A stretch of DNA of 64,000 bases from Synechococcus sp. (GCA_047285305.1 JBJBDL010000003.1:1728001-1792000), one strand, 5' to 3'; positions 48,360-59,040 are shown, counted from the stretch's first letter. Program-made: numbers and translations. The notes: generated by a model from the letters alone, not told the origin.

Positions 48360-51300
48360 GCCAGCACCTCCCCCAGGGCTCGATCCAGAGCCGCAATACG
48401 ATTGAGCGGCGCGGATTCAACGATGCGCCCCGGCCCGACAGCATCCTCTGGAGAGGCACTCACAGCTCCGGGCATCCCCCGCAGGAAGCAGTAGACGTAG
48501 CCCCCAAGATGCTGCTCAGGGTCGTAATCCGGCAGCCGCCAACGCAGATGGCGATGCAAAGCCACCAGGTAGAGGTGAGCTTGCAGGGGGTAGTGGTGGT
48601 GCAACATCTGCGCCTCCATCGCCTCCTGTGAGTAGTGATGGGGACCGCAAAGCCCCGGCTCAGCACTGGTGCGCCGTTCACCGATCCAATTGCTCTTCCA
48701 GTCGAGAACCCACCAGCTTTTGTGCTTGGGGTCCTGGAACACAAGATCGATGGAACCTGTGAGAAACCCGCGGCTGTTGATCGAGAGCGATGCCAGTGCC
48801 GGGATGTAGGTGCGGCCAAAACGGGCCTCGGCATCACAACCGAAGGCGGCCACCAGATCGGCCGTGCGCACGTGCTGCACCGGCAGATCAAAACTGAGTT
48901 CAGGCAGGCGATGGTGCGGCCCCAGCCGATCCAGCGATAACGCACCCAGCGGTCCCCCCAGGGGCGTCCGCAACACCTGCTCCAACCCCGTCAAAACATC
49001 GTTCTTAAGATCGGGATCAAGCCCGGCCCGGCGCAACTCGGCGGCGATCAGCTCGAGCCGATGGCGGGGCTCAGAGGCCTCCGCCGCAGAGAAGGGGAAC
49101 TGTTCGAGGATCCGGTGCAGACAGTCCCCGGCCCCTGCCCCGCGCGGAAAGGCCGCAAGCGGCCCCGTCTCGGACCATGCCGGTTCTGCCCTCGCCAACG
49201 TCGATTCCTCGGCGCCGGGATCGCGATCACGACCCTGTTCATGCAGCTGGACGTCGTCGGATGAGGCAATCCAGGCCGAGTAACTGGCCCGGCCCCAACT
49301 CCGGTCGATCCGCTTGGGGGTGGCACCAAGGGCCAACGGCTCGGCCAGCAGCGGAGACTGCCAACGCTTGCCGCTGGGCAGGCTCTCGGCCAGGCCATCG
49401 ATGCTGATCGCAACCTGTCGCTCCGCCAGGGCTTGGCTCAGCCGCTCATCGGTGAGGCTGTCGATCGCATCCCCAGCGGCCTCAGCACCGAACAACCAGG
49501 CGGGCAAGGGGGATTCCTCTTGGCCGTTGGCCCTGGCCCAGACCAGAACCAACTGGGATTGGGCTCGGGTCACCGCGACATAGGCCAGCCGCTCGGCCTC
49601 GGCCGCAGCCTCCTGCTGCGCCTGCTGCGCCGCCTGCCAGCCCTCCCCCCAGTGAACATCCAGCCGCACCAGGCACTCTCCGGAGCGGGGGTCAAGCCAG
49701 AGCGGACCGGACACAGCTGGGGGCGACTGCCAGAGGTAGGGGCAGATCACCACCGGATATTCCAGACCCTTGCTGCGGTGGACCGTGACCACGGCGATGG
49801 CGCTGTCGGCCTGATCGCTGTGGGGCTGGCGGGCATCTGGCACCGGCTGGCTGGAGTGCAACCGCTCCCTCCGCAGCCAATCCGCCGCGGTGGCCACATC
49901 AAGCCCCTGGCGGTGCATCGCCTCCTGCACAAGCCGCGCCGCCTGCTGCAGATCACTCAGCATCCGGCCCCGTTCCGACAGCCCTGCCATCTGTTCACCC
50001 TTGAGCAGATCGGCCAGCGCCCCGAGCAAGCCCAGTCGCGGCATCGCCTCAGCCAAACCGCGCAACTGCAGCGCCAGCTGATCCAATAGGGCCGGCTCCA
50101 AGGCACCGGGTGCGATGTTCATCAGTCCCGAGCAGGCCAGCAGACGCAAGCGAGCGTCATCGCCCGGTTCCGCCAGGGCATCGAGGAACCACTGCAACAG
50201 CAAGGCAGCTTCACTGTCGAGCACATCGCCCTGGGTAACCAGGCGGGTGGGGAGTCCGCAGACCCCAAGGGCGCGGCGCAGGTCTTCCGCCTGTTGATGA
50301 CGACTCACCAACACGCAGAGATCTGCGGGGGTGAGATCCTCCCGTTGCTGCAGTTGCTCCAGCACCATCGCGGCGAGCCGCTGGGGCAGCTCTGCTTCCA
50401 GGGCATTTCGGCTTGAGGGCTCCTCGGTGGAGAGCAGCAGCAATTGCAACGCCGGGGCATCCTGCGGTGGAGTGGCAGAGCTGCGGGGCTGCACCGCGGG
50501 CACAGGCAGTTCAGATCGAGGGAGACCCGGGGCCATCAAGCGGTTCAACCCCTCCATCAGCGGTGCCGTTGTGCGGAAGTTGTCGAGCAGGTGATCGATC
50601 CGCTCCACCTGATCCCGCGCTGCCATATAGGTGGCCAGGTCACCACCCCGGAAGCGGTAGATCGCCTGCTTGGGATCCCCGACCATCAGCAGAAGGTGGC
50701 GTTCACCACCACCGAAGGTGCGCTGCAACAAGCGCCACTGCACGGGGTCTGTGTCCTGAAACTCATCCACCATCACAGCCCGGTAGCGCTGTTGCAGAGG
50801 GGCAAGCCAACCAACGTCGCCATCTCCGGGGTCCATGGCAGCCAACAAGCCGCCAAAGGTGATCACCCCACGGCGGCGACGGCGGCGGTCCAGCTCCTGT
50901 AAGCCCCGTTCGAGCAGGTACTGCCAGGTACGCTCAATCGGTGCATCCCAGAGCGCCGCAACAGCGGCCTGTAGAGCCGGCGTCACCAGGCTGGGATCGG
51001 TCTCACCGCACTGGCGCGCGACCTTGCACCAACTACCGGGGTGGAAGTACTCCTTCAGCGGCTTCTCATGGGCGGCAATCTCAAGCAGTGAAGGAACTGC
51101 GGTCTGCCCATGCAGCCACTGGTTGATCTGCGCGCAGCGATCGCTCTTGGGCTTGGCCGAATAAGGGGTGGTGGTTCCACAGCCCTGGGCTTTCCACTGC
51201 TCGGCCGCCTGACGGAACCCGGCATCCAGGGAGGCATGGTCCCGCTGCCAGAGCGGCACGAAGTCGTCCCAAAGCTGCGCCAGCCAGTGCTCCAGCTGTG

Positions 51301-51964
51301 GGGCGAGGGGCTGGTCGAGATCGACCGCCCCATCAACGGCCCTGAACCGCGGCTGCTGTTCGCCATCGAGTTGCGCCAACCCCCTGCGCAGGGTCTGGGG
51401 CGAGAGGCCGCGTTGACGCAACGCCTTGAACTGATCCTGCGGCAGGCTGAGAAGCTCCTTTTGCCACAGGTCCTGAACCACCTCGGCCTGGAGCGCGGTG
51501 GCGTCGGTGTCCAGCTGAGGCTCCATCGCCGCAGCGTTGCTGAGGGCCAGACGGCGCAGACTGCGGCGGCAGAAGCCGTGGATGGTGGTGATATCGGCCC
51601 GGTCCAACTGCTCCAGGGCCACCAGCAAGCGCCGAAGCCACCGCTGACGTGCCTCCCCTGGCTCGGAACCCGCCAGCCAGTCCCCCAGTACAGGGTCTTG
51701 AGCGGAAGCCTCCATCCCCTGCTCCAGCTGCTCGAGACCCTGCAACGCCTGTTGCAGCCGCTGGCCGATGCGGGAGCGCAGCTCTTCGGCAGCCGCATCG
51801 GTGAAGGTCACAACCAACAACGCCTCGAGGGCGTGGTCGGCCTCCGTGATCAGCCGCAGGCAAAGATGCGCCAGAGCAAAGGTTTTGCCGGTGCCAGCGC
51901 TGGCCTCAAGCAGGCGGACCCCAGGGCCGAGGGGGTAGGTGTTGGCATCGAAGCGCTGGGCCAT
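48356..51964 (-). CDS. recB: Exodeoxyribonuclease V beta subunit
   Basis: EASAGTGKT, DEFQDTD, GDPKQAIYRFRG and SKGLEY; nuclease motifs GSIDLV and DWKSN. Confidence 0.96.
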   Translation of the reverse strand: MAQRFDANTYPLGPGVRLLEASAGTGKTFALAHLCLRLITEADHALEALLVVTFTDAAAEELRSRIGQRLQQALQGLEQLEQGMEASAQDPVLGDWLAGSEPGEARQRWLRRLLVALEQLDRADITTIHGFCRRSLRRLALSNAAAMEPQLDTDATALQAEVVQDLWQKELLSLPQDQFKALRQRGLSPQTLRRGLAQLDGEQQPRFRAVDGAVDLDQPLAPQLEHWLAQLWDDFVPLWQRDHASLDAGFRQAAEQWKAQGCGTTTPYSAKPKSDRCAQINQWLHGQTAVPSLLEIAAHEKPLKEYFHPGSWCKVARQCGETDPSLVTPALQAAVAALWDAPIERTWQYLLERGLQELDRRRRRRGVITFGGLLAAMDPGDGDVGWLAPLQQRYRAVMVDEFQDTDPVQWRLLQRTFGGGERHLLLMVGDPKQAIYRFRGGDLATYMAARDQVERIDHLLDNFRTTAPLMEGLNRLMAPGLPRSELPVPAVQPRSSATPPQDAPALQLLLLSTEEPSSRNALEAELPQRLAAMVLEQLQQREDLTPADLCVLVSRHQQAEDLRRALGVCGLPTRLVTQGDVLDSEAALLLQWFLDALAEPGDDARLRLLACSGLMNIAPGALEPALLDQLALQLRGLAEAMPRLGLLGALADLLKGEQMAGLSERGRMLSDLQQAARLVQEAMHRQGLDVATAADWLRRERLHSSQPVPDARQPHSDQADSAIAVVTVHRSKGLEYPVVICPYLWQSPPAVSGPLWLDPRSGECLVRLDVHWGEGWQAAQQAQQEAAAEAERLAYVAVTRAQSQLVLVWARANGQEESPLPAWLFGAEAAGDAIDSLTDERLSQALAERQVAISIDGLAESLPSGKRWQSPLLAEPLALGATPKRIDRSWGRASYSAWIASSDDVQLHEQGRDRDPGAEESTLARAEPAWSETGPLAAFPRGAGAGDCLHRILEQFPFSAAEASEPRHRLELIAAELRRAGLDPDLKNDVLTGLEQVLRTPLGGPLGALSLDRLGPHHRLPELSFDLPVQHVRTADLVAAFGCDAEARFGRTYIPALASLSINSRGFLTGSIDLVFQDPKHKSWWVLDWKSNWIGERRTSAEPGLCGPHHYSQEAMEAQMLHHHYPLQAHLYLVALHRHLRWRLPDYDPEQHLGGYVYCFLRGMPGAVSASPEDAVGPGRIVESAPLNRIAALDRALGEVLA

Positions 51965-52078
51965 AGGTGGAGTCTGCTCAACATCAGCCTCAAAACCAGT
52001 GTTAACTTCTATGAAGCAGCTAGCGAATGCTGCGAACTGGACTGGGTGCGGTCACATCCCAGAAAAGAAGACGACCTG

Positions 52079-52108
52079 AGCGGGGGCCTAAGGAACCCTC
52101 GCTTTTTT
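52079..52108 (+). terminator. Intrinsic terminator-like hairpin in the recC-recB gap
   Basis: AGCGGGGG-CCTAAGGAA-CCCTCGCT (one G-U pair) followed by a T run. Confidence 0.6.
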
Positions 52109-52209
52109 ATGAACTTGTGAACGGATACAACCCAACCCTTGAGAGAACAGGGGCTTGTGCGGCTGCGAGGCCGTCAGGCCAACACGTTGGTAAAAGCCAC
52201 CGGCCTGTT

Positions 52210-52380
52210 GTGTCCCTAGAACGTCGTCAGAAATTGGCCCAGCTGCTGGTGCGCAAGGCCGCCGCTGTCGAAAGCATCAACCAGGAACATCGGGCCTACT
52301 TCTTCCGCCGTCAGGCCGGCGCGCCCATGGTGGTTTCCAACGAACGCATGCGTGAAATGCTCGACGAGCTGTTCGACTAA
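52210..52380 (+). CDS. Small hypothetical protein, antisense between recC and recB
   Basis: 3' part of track ORF 52027..52380, (M)SLERRQKLAQLLVRKAAAVESINQEHRAYFFRRQAGAPMVVSNERMREMLDELFD, with host-like GC3; start uncertain. Confidence 0.55.
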   Translation: MSLERRQKLAQLLVRKAAAVESINQEHRAYFFRRQAGAPMVVSNERMREMLDELFD

Positions 52381-55300
52381 CGCAGCTGGGCCAGAAGAGG
52401 TCCGTACAGCAGCTGACACGCCTCCTGAAATCCGGCCTGATCCATCAATTGCTCCGCAGAGATCTCCGTGCCGAAGCAGAGCTGCATCACCGGGGTGGCA
52501 CCTTCGTCCTGCCAGGTCTTGCGGAAGGCCTTCGGCCCCTCCCCCGGTTTGCGCCGGTCTTTGGACACCATCTGCCAGCCGCTCTTCGGGGGGACCGGCC
52601 AGCACCGCTCCAGCCCCTGTTGCGCCAGCCGCACCAGCTGCTGCAGCTGGTCCTCGGCTGCAGCCGTCGGCAACGCCGACCAGCGCAAGTGCACCTCGGC
52701 GCCGGCAACCCGGGTGTTGCGGGCCACCACCGCTGATCCGGCAGCAGGAGCCAATCCCTCAGCGCACAGCAACAGGTGCTGCAACCAGCCGCGCATCACC
52801 GCCGCAGCCGTGAGCATGCCGGGCTGCACCACCACCTGTGTGTCACCGGCGTAGAGCAGGGGCATCGGCAGGCCGGCGAGCAAAGGTACCTCCCGGCGGC
52901 AGGGACCAAGCGATGCCAGCTGCCGTTGCAGGGCCTGCCAACGCTGCTGCAGTTCCTCCTGCTCAAGGGCCGCGCCAGCCCCCGCCGGCAGCACACCCTG
53001 GCCCGCCAGCGACGTCGTCCAATCCGGAGCCGATCCAAGAATGAACTGATCCTCAAGCTCGTGATTGAGCAGCAGATAGCGCTGCAGGCCATCCAACTCG
53101 AGCGTATCGAGATCCTCCACCGCCTCAATGCCTTCCCCAGGCCGCAACCCCCGTGCCTGCAACCAGGCCTTCTGGGGCTGCTGCATCCAGGCCAGCAACG
53201 CTTCAGGGTGCAAGGCCAGGTCGTCTCGGCCACGTCCCTCGGCCTCGTCCTCGGTCAGGTCTTGCTGCCAGAGCGATGCCCAAGCCAGCCCATTGTCCTG
53301 GGCCGATGCCGGAGCACGATCCAGGCAGCGCCTGGCCTCCAGCTGGCGGCGATCACAGCTGAGCGGCGCCTCGGGCCGGAAGTTCTCTCGGGAGAGGGGG
53401 TTGGCCGATGGCGTGATCAACAACCCCTCCGTGGAAGCACCGGCCCGTTGCAACTGCTCCTGCAGCACAGCAAGCCACTGTTCCACCGGCGCGGCGGGCG
53501 GCTGGGGCTCACCGGTGCGCTCCAGCCGCCCGCACCAGCTGATAAGCAGATGACGGCGTGCCGACATCAAGGCCTCCAGCAGCACGTAACGGTCCTGGTC
53601 GCTGCCGCGGGGATCCCCAAGGCGCCGTTGCTGCTCGAGCAGATGAAAGCCAGGGCGGCGGCTCGGGCGCGGAAAGTCGGCGCTGTCGAGGCCCATCAAA
53701 ACCACCACCTTGTGGGGAATCGCCCGCATCGGCTCCAGGGCACTGATGGTGAGGGCGCCACTGCGGTGACCGAAGCGACCGCTGTCCACCGACAAGGCCT
53801 CCTGTAGCACCTCCAAGGCCACGGCTGCATCGAGGTCCAGGGGGCAGTCATGGGCCCGTAATCGCCACTCCTCAAGGGCCGCCGCCCAGCTCTGCGACTC
53901 ATCGGCCCAGGCCCCACCCTCAGCGAACAGCTCCTGCAACAGGGACTGCAGCAGCTGAACCCAGTCATGGCACGGCCGAGGCTTTCGCAGGCGATCGAAC
54001 ATCCGCGCCAAACGGTCCAGCAGCGTCCACCAGCGCACCAGGCGATCGGGATCCAGCTCCTGCTGGAACGGTGCCGCCCCTGCTGGAGCCAGGCCCGGCT
54101 CAACCGGCAGCACCAGGCCCAGCAGCCAACGGTCGAGACACCAACGCAGGCTGTGCACCTCGTCCCCGCCCCGCTCGCTGCCATCCAAGCCCCAGCGAAA
54201 ACCGCTGCGTTGCAGCGTCTGGGTGATCAGCACCGCCTCCTCCGGCGTGAGTCCCTGCTGGCCCTGCAGGGCCGGATTGGCCAGCAACCGTTCCAGCCCC
54301 GTGGCGGTGAGGCGTGTGGCAGCCAGCTCCAGCAGCGTGAACATCGCCATCGACAACCCCGGACTGCTCTGCTGACTGCGATCGGTGAGGCGCCAGGGCA
54401 GATCGACACCGATGGCCGCCGTGTCGTTGAACACGGAGCTGAGCAGCGGTGCATAGCGCTCAATCTGCGGCGTCATCACAAGCACGTCGCGAGGCGCGAG
54501 ATCGGGATCGGCCGCCAGCCACTGCAGGATGCGATCACGCACCAGTTGCACCTCCCGCCAAGGCCCCGGTGCCGCTTGAAACAGCAACGACTGATCGTCT
54601 GAGGAACGCTCCAGTGCGGGGATGCTGTCGGCATCCACCAGCTGCTGCTGAAGCTGATCGAGCAGGGTGGGCTGGCGCTCTTCCGCTGCGGCGATCTGCA
54701 GGGAACCTGCAAACAGATCTCCCTCGCTTCGCTCCCCCAGCTGCGCTTCACCGGAGCCCTCCAGCAACTGCTGAAATTCGGCACCCATCCGCCCAAGAAC
54801 GGCCTCCAAGCGCGGCGCCTCCGCCAACCAGCCCCCGTCGGGCGGAACCAGCCAGTCATCCCCGAGCGAGGCACGCCGACTGCCGCAGCGCCGCCACAGA
54901 TCCGGACACGGGGTGAGCAGGTAGATCTCCACCTCCAGCAGACCGGACAAGGCCTGAATCAGATCCACCTGCACCGGTGCCAGGGCACTGATGCCAAACA
55001 GCCGCAGCCGCTCCGGCAGCAGGGCTGGATCAACGTCTCCTCGCCGGAGACGATCGACGGCCTCACGCACCTGCAGGCCAAAGGGAGCCCGGAGAAGCCT
55101 TTGGGCCAGCAGTCGCCAGAGCACGGGCTGCCAGTCGTCATCGGGCCGCGGCTGTTTCCACTGCTCCAGTTGATCGGGGCGGTAGAGGGCGTAATCGTCC
55201 ATGGCGTCGGCGATGGTGCGTGCCAACTGCCAACGGTCCCGCGTCAACCCCGAGGCGGTTCCTTCACGATGGGTGAGCCAGATCCGTAGCGGCTGGGCGA

Positions 55301-55619
55301 CGGGCTGCTCCAACAGCTCCGGCAGCAGCTCGAGCACAGCCCACACCAGCTGGCCCGCCCGCCAGGGATCGTCCTCCTGCGCGGGGAGATGCAGCACCTG
55401 GCGCACCAGCTGCCGCAGGCGACTGCCCGGGAAGGGGAACCGCACCAGGGAACTGATGCCGTTGGCCGTGGCCAGCTGTTCCCCCAACCATCGGCTGGTG
55501 GGCCAGGTGTTGACCATCACCTCCACCGTCTCAAGGGGGCCCGGATGCTGCTCGATCAACTGACGGGAGAGCAAGCGAGCCAGAAATTCAGCTCTGTTGC
55601 TTCGGTAAACCGTCAGCAA
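52377..55619 (-). CDS. recC: Exodeoxyribonuclease V gamma subunit
   Basis: LTVYRSNRAE, DDYALYRP, LFGISAL, REVQLVRD, PMRAIPHKVV and DRYVLLEALMSAR motifs; TTG start. Confidence 0.94.
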   Translation of the reverse strand: MLTVYRSNRAEFLARLLSRQLIEQHPGPLETVEVMVNTWPTSRWLGEQLATANGISSLVRFPFPGSRLRQLVRQVLHLPAQEDDPWRAGQLVWAVLELLPELLEQPVAQPLRIWLTHREGTASGLTRDRWQLARTIADAMDDYALYRPDQLEQWKQPRPDDDWQPVLWRLLAQRLLRAPFGLQVREAVDRLRRGDVDPALLPERLRLFGISALAPVQVDLIQALSGLLEVEIYLLTPCPDLWRRCGSRRASLGDDWLVPPDGGWLAEAPRLEAVLGRMGAEFQQLLEGSGEAQLGERSEGDLFAGSLQIAAAEERQPTLLDQLQQQLVDADSIPALERSSDDQSLLFQAAPGPWREVQLVRDRILQWLAADPDLAPRDVLVMTPQIERYAPLLSSVFNDTAAIGVDLPWRLTDRSQQSSPGLSMAMFTLLELAATRLTATGLERLLANPALQGQQGLTPEEAVLITQTLQRSGFRWGLDGSERGGDEVHSLRWCLDRWLLGLVLPVEPGLAPAGAAPFQQELDPDRLVRWWTLLDRLARMFDRLRKPRPCHDWVQLLQSLLQELFAEGGAWADESQSWAAALEEWRLRAHDCPLDLDAAVALEVLQEALSVDSGRFGHRSGALTISALEPMRAIPHKVVVLMGLDSADFPRPSRRPGFHLLEQQRRLGDPRGSDQDRYVLLEALMSARRHLLISWCGRLERTGEPQPPAAPVEQWLAVLQEQLQRAGASTEGLLITPSANPLSRENFRPEAPLSCDRRQLEARRCLDRAPASAQDNGLAWASLWQQDLTEDEAEGRGRDDLALHPEALLAWMQQPQKAWLQARGLRPGEGIEAVEDLDTLELDGLQRYLLLNHELEDQFILGSAPDWTTSLAGQGVLPAGAGAALEQEELQQRWQALQRQLASLGPCRREVPLLAGLPMPLLYAGDTQVVVQPGMLTAAAVMRGWLQHLLLCAEGLAPAAGSAVVARNTRVAGAEVHLRWSALPTAAAEDQLQQLVRLAQQGLERCWPVPPKSGWQMVSKDRRKPGEGPKAFRKTWQDEGATPVMQLCFGTEISAEQLMDQAGFQEACQLLYGPLLAQLR

Positions 55620-56257
55620 GGGCCAACTCCAGCCAGCATGGCATCGGTCGCAGCTCCTTCGACCTGAACGACCGCATCCGTTTGCGGGCAGTAGGCCGAT
55701 AAACAACCCCCGTAGACCGCACCGGTGTCGATCAGAACGATCGCGCCAAGACGTTCCACCTGGGGACGTGGCGTATGGCCCACAACAACCTGGCCAAAAC
55801 GACCGTCATAGGCCTCCCAGAAGGGATCACGAATGGAGAGATCCGGTTGGCCTGCTGCGTCGAACCCGGCATGGGTGGCGCACCAACCGTCACCGCGATA
55901 AACGAGCGGAAGCTGTTGCAGGCGCGGCAACCATTGGCGAGCGCTGCTGTCGCCCAACTGGGCATAGGTGGCGTGTTGACTCAAGCCGTCCTGGGATTCC
56001 AGGGCATCAATGAAGTCTTGCTCATGGTTCCCGCGCAGCCATGTGGCATGGCCGGCCTGGACCAGATTCCAGACCAGATTCATCGTTGCGGGAATGGCCT
56101 CACCACGGTTGATCACATCCCCGCAGAAGACCAGATGGTCGTTCGGCGGCAGGGTGGCGAGCAGATGGCAAAGGGGCTGATGGCAGCCATGCACATCTCC
56201 AATCACCCAGTGCCGGCGGCTGTGCAGGTTCAAAGCGACAACCTGGAGATGAGTCAA
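55613..56257 (-). CDS. Calcineurin-like metallophosphoesterase (PPP/ApaH-like)
   Basis: GDVHG, GDVINRG, RGNHE, HAG, GHTP and IDTG motifs. Confidence 0.9.
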   Translation of the reverse strand: MTHLQVVALNLHSRRHWVIGDVHGCHQPLCHLLATLPPNDHLVFCGDVINRGEAIPATMNLVWNLVQAGHATWLRGNHEQDFIDALESQDGLSQHATYAQLGDSSARQWLPRLQQLPLVYRGDGWCATHAGFDAAGQPDLSIRDPFWEAYDGRFGQVVVGHTPRPQVERLGAIVLIDTGAVYGGCLSAYCPQTDAVVQVEGAATDAMLAGVGPC

Positions 56258-56300
56258 TTCTGATGCTCAGCCAGGCAGCGCCAAGAATCTGAAATGCAGA

Positions 56301-56636
56301 TCAGAACAAACCGAGAAAGCGCTTGCGTTCCTTGGGTTGGCTCGGGTCTGGCTTGGGCTTTTCGGGGGTTTCGCGGCGGTAGCGGGGCTTGGCATCACCA
56401 ACGGTGACCAGGGGGTCGTTGTTCTTGAACCAGATCCAGTCGCGAATCGGCGGGGTCTCCGTGAGATCCCGGCGGGTCAGCCCCAACCCCAGCTTGGCCG
56501 AAGCCCCCAGCAGGATGTCCACCATCGCGTCCCCGTCGGGACAGGTGGCCAACGCCTTGTTGGTTTTCTCCGCACCATCGAGGGCCTGCACCAGCAGTGC
56601 AATGCGCTGCTGAACGGGAAGGGAACTGGGATTCAT
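56301..56636 (-). CDS. Conserved hypothetical protein
   Basis: 111-aa ORF whose start overlaps the ycf54 stop; typical codon usage. Confidence 0.7.
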   Translation of the reverse strand: MNPSSLPVQQRIALLVQALDGAEKTNKALATCPDGDAMVDILLGASAKLGLGLTRRDLTETPPIRDWIWFKNNDPLVTVGDAKPRYRRETPEKPKPDPSQPKERKRFLGLF

Positions 56637-56956
56637 CAGACGGCACCGGCAAGGGCATCGGGAATCCCCGCGGACGGTGCTTCAAAGGTCCCCACAGCCA
56701 CGTACTCCAAACGCAGTTTGAGGAAGGTGATGAAGGTGGGATCGGTGGACACCACAGCTGCAGCGGGCTGGGGAATGGTTGCCTTGAGATCAGCCAGCTC
56801 AGGAGAAGACAGGAAAGCCGGTTGCTTCACCAGCCAGAAATCGATGGTCTTGCCGGTTTCGGCGAAGTTGCGCTGGCGCTCCCGCAGCACTTCCTCCAGC
56901 GGCTCCTCAACAGTGAGGAAGCGCTCGCTGGCTGCAACGAAGTGATAGGTGGTCAT
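56636..56956 (-). CDS. ycf54: Ycf54, Mg-protoporphyrin monomethyl ester cyclase auxiliary protein
   Basis: [33 protein letters not shown] and FITFLKLRL motifs. Confidence 0.95.
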   Translation of the reverse strand: MTTYHFVAASERFLTVEEPLEEVLRERQRNFAETGKTIDFWLVKQPAFLSSPELADLKATIPQPAAAVVSTDPTFITFLKLRLEYVAVGTFEAPSAGIPDALAGAV

Positions 56957-57702
56957 CCGGGCGCCTGTCCGAAAAGGGGATCAAGCCGGGGATTCTGAAC
57001 CAAGACCTTCATATCCCGCACAGCTTGTTGCAGTCCGACGGCGACAGAGCGGGCCACGATCGTGTGGCCGATGTTGAGTTCCTCCATCCCAGGGATGGCC
57101 GCGATGGGCTCAACGTTCTGATACGTGAGGCCATGGCCGGCATTGACCCGCAGTCCGAGCTGCCGGGCGATGGCCGTGCCCTCCTGCAAGCGCGCCAGCT
57201 CCTGGGGCTGGGTGCTCCAATCGGCATCGGCATAGCGCCCCGTGTGCAATTCCACCCAGCAAGCCCCCGTGGCTTTGCAGGCCTGTAGCTGAGTGGCCTC
57301 CGGATCCACAAACAGGCTCACCGGAATCCCTGCGGCCTGAAGGTTTTGCACCATGCCCCCCAGGGAGGCCTCTTGTCCGGCCACATCCAGACCCCCCTCC
57401 GTGGTGACCTCCTCCCGCCGTTCCGGCACCAGGGTGACCATGTCGGGCTTGATCCGCTGCGCAATCGCCACCATCTCCTCGGTAGCTGCCATTTCCAGGT
57501 TGAGGCGGGAGCGCACGGTCTGGCGCAGCAACTCCACATCCCGATCCTGGATATGACGCCGGTCTTCCCTCAGATGCACGGTGATCCCATCGGCACCACC
57601 GAGTTCGGCCAGCAAGGCCATCGACACCGGGTCTGGCTCGACGGTCCGCCGCGCTTCACGGATGTTGGCGATGTGGTCGATATTGACGCCGAGGCTGGCC
57701 AT
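56953..57702 (-). CDS. pdxJ: Pyridoxine 5'-phosphate synthase
   Basis: [34 protein letters not shown] and ELNIGH motifs. Confidence 0.98.
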   Translation of the reverse strand: MASLGVNIDHIANIREARRTVEPDPVSMALLAELGGADGITVHLREDRRHIQDRDVELLRQTVRSRLNLEMAATEEMVAIAQRIKPDMVTLVPERREEVTTEGGLDVAGQEASLGGMVQNLQAAGIPVSLFVDPEATQLQACKATGACWVELHTGRYADADWSTQPQELARLQEGTAIARQLGLRVNAGHGLTYQNVEPIAAIPGMEELNIGHTIVARSVAVGLQQAVRDMKVLVQNPRLDPLFGQAPG

Positions 57703-57728
57703 GACGGGGCAGTCGTTGGCCGGATCCT

Positions 57729-58484
57729 ATGCAGCTTTGCCAAGGGGATTTAGGTTCTCAGGCATCGAATTCGATCAGCCCGTTGCAAGCGGCCCTGGCG
57801 ACCCGAGAAAACAGCCTGCATGTCGGCATCGACAGCTTCTGGGCCCCCCTGGCGATGTTCACCACCCAGGATCTGGCGCTGCGCTTTCAATTCCGTGAGC
57901 GTCTGGTGCTGAACCCGGAGCATCTCCCCCATCAGGGGCCGGTGCTGCTGGCACCGACGCACCGCGCCCGCTGGGATGCCCTGATGCTGCCGATGGCTGC
58001 TGGCCGTCGGGTCACTGGCCGCGACTGCCGCTTCATGGTGACCACCACCGAAATGCGGGGGCTGCAGGGCTGGTTTCTGCAACGGCTCGGCTGCTTCCCG
58101 GTGGACCAGGGACGACCCTCGATGACCACCCTGCGTCTGGCCATCGACCTGTTGGCCGACGGGCAGCAAGTGGTGATGTTCCCTGAAGGCAGGATTCACC
58201 GGCAGGACGCGGCAATTGAGCTGCGGCCGGGCCTGGTGCGTCTGGCCCAACTGGCCCAGAGCCGCGGCGTTTCCGCTCCTGTGGTTCCCGTTGGCTTGGG
58301 CTACAGCCAGGCCCCACCACGGCCCTTCAGCCGGGCAGCGCTTTGTTTCGGAGCACCGCTCAGCGTGCCAGCCAAGGGCGATCGCGAGGCGACGCGGCAG
58401 TTCAACAGCAAACTCGCTGCGGCGATGCATACGGCTGAACAAGCGGCCCGTGCTGCCATTGGCCGACCGCTCCAAAGCTTCTAA
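57729..58484 (+). CDS. plsC: 1-acyl-sn-glycerol-3-phosphate acyltransferase
   Basis: HRARWD (HX4D) and FPEG motifs; start uncertain. Confidence 0.85.
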   Translation: MQLCQGDLGSQASNSISPLQAALATRENSLHVGIDSFWAPLAMFTTQDLALRFQFRERLVLNPEHLPHQGPVLLAPTHRARWDALMLPMAAGRRVTGRDCRFMVTTTEMRGLQGWFLQRLGCFPVDQGRPSMTTLRLAIDLLADGQQVVMFPEGRIHRQDAAIELRPGLVRLAQLAQSRGVSAPVVPVGLGYSQAPPRPFSRAALCFGAPLSVPAKGDREATRQFNSKLAAAMHTAEQAARAAIGRPLQSF

Positions 58485-58512
58485 AGTCCGCCAACGTTTT
58501 CTTGCTGGTCTC

Positions 58513-59040
58513 ATGGGTTGTCGCGCATTGCTGACGACTGCTGCACTGGTGGCAACCCTGGGCGTCACAGCAGCTCCCGGAATCGCCCAAACCTCAGCTG
58601 AAAAACGCGTTCTGGCACAGAGCCAGGGTGGATTCAACCCGGCGGCCGTTCGGTCAATGCTGGCCGAGGGCGACGCAGCCGCCAGCCGGGGGGACCTGGC
58701 CGAGGCGCGGGCTAATTACGACAAAGCCCGCAAAGCCTCCAAGCAGCTCCTGGCCTTCTATCGCGACCTGAGTGGTGCTTTCCGGGGTCTTGATGCTCGG
58801 ATCCCGCGTGAGATGGACACCAAGGGCCGTGAAGCCCTGGGACTGCTGGCGGATACCAACCTCCGCCTGGCTGCCCTGTTCCGCCGTCAGGACCAGCCCG
58901 AAGTGGCTGTTCCAGTGCTGGTCGAGGTGGTCAAGCTGATGACGCCGGCTAAGTCCCAGGGTCAGAAGGCCTATCAGAGCCTGCTGGAACTGGGCTTCGT
59001 TGAAACCGAATTCCGGGGCGCATCGGCTGCCGGCCAATGA
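58513..59040 (+). CDS. Exported helical (TPR-like) conserved protein
   Basis: Signal peptide, then YDKAR...FYRDLSGAFRGLDARI and a C-terminal LLELGFV. Confidence 0.7.
   Translation: MGCRALLTTAALVATLGVTAAPGIAQTSAEKRVLAQSQGGFNPAAVRSMLAEGDAAASRGDLAEARANYDKARKASKQLLAFYRDLSGAFRGLDARIPREMDTKGREALGLLADTNLRLAALFRRQDQPEVAVPVLVEVVKLMTPAKSQGQKAYQSLLELGFVETEFRGASAAGQ

Noticed and set aside
56301..56636. Possible Nif11-like leader or RiPP precursor
   Set aside because: There is no Gly-Gly cleavage motif, no Cys/Ser/Thr-rich core and no modifying enzyme nearby.
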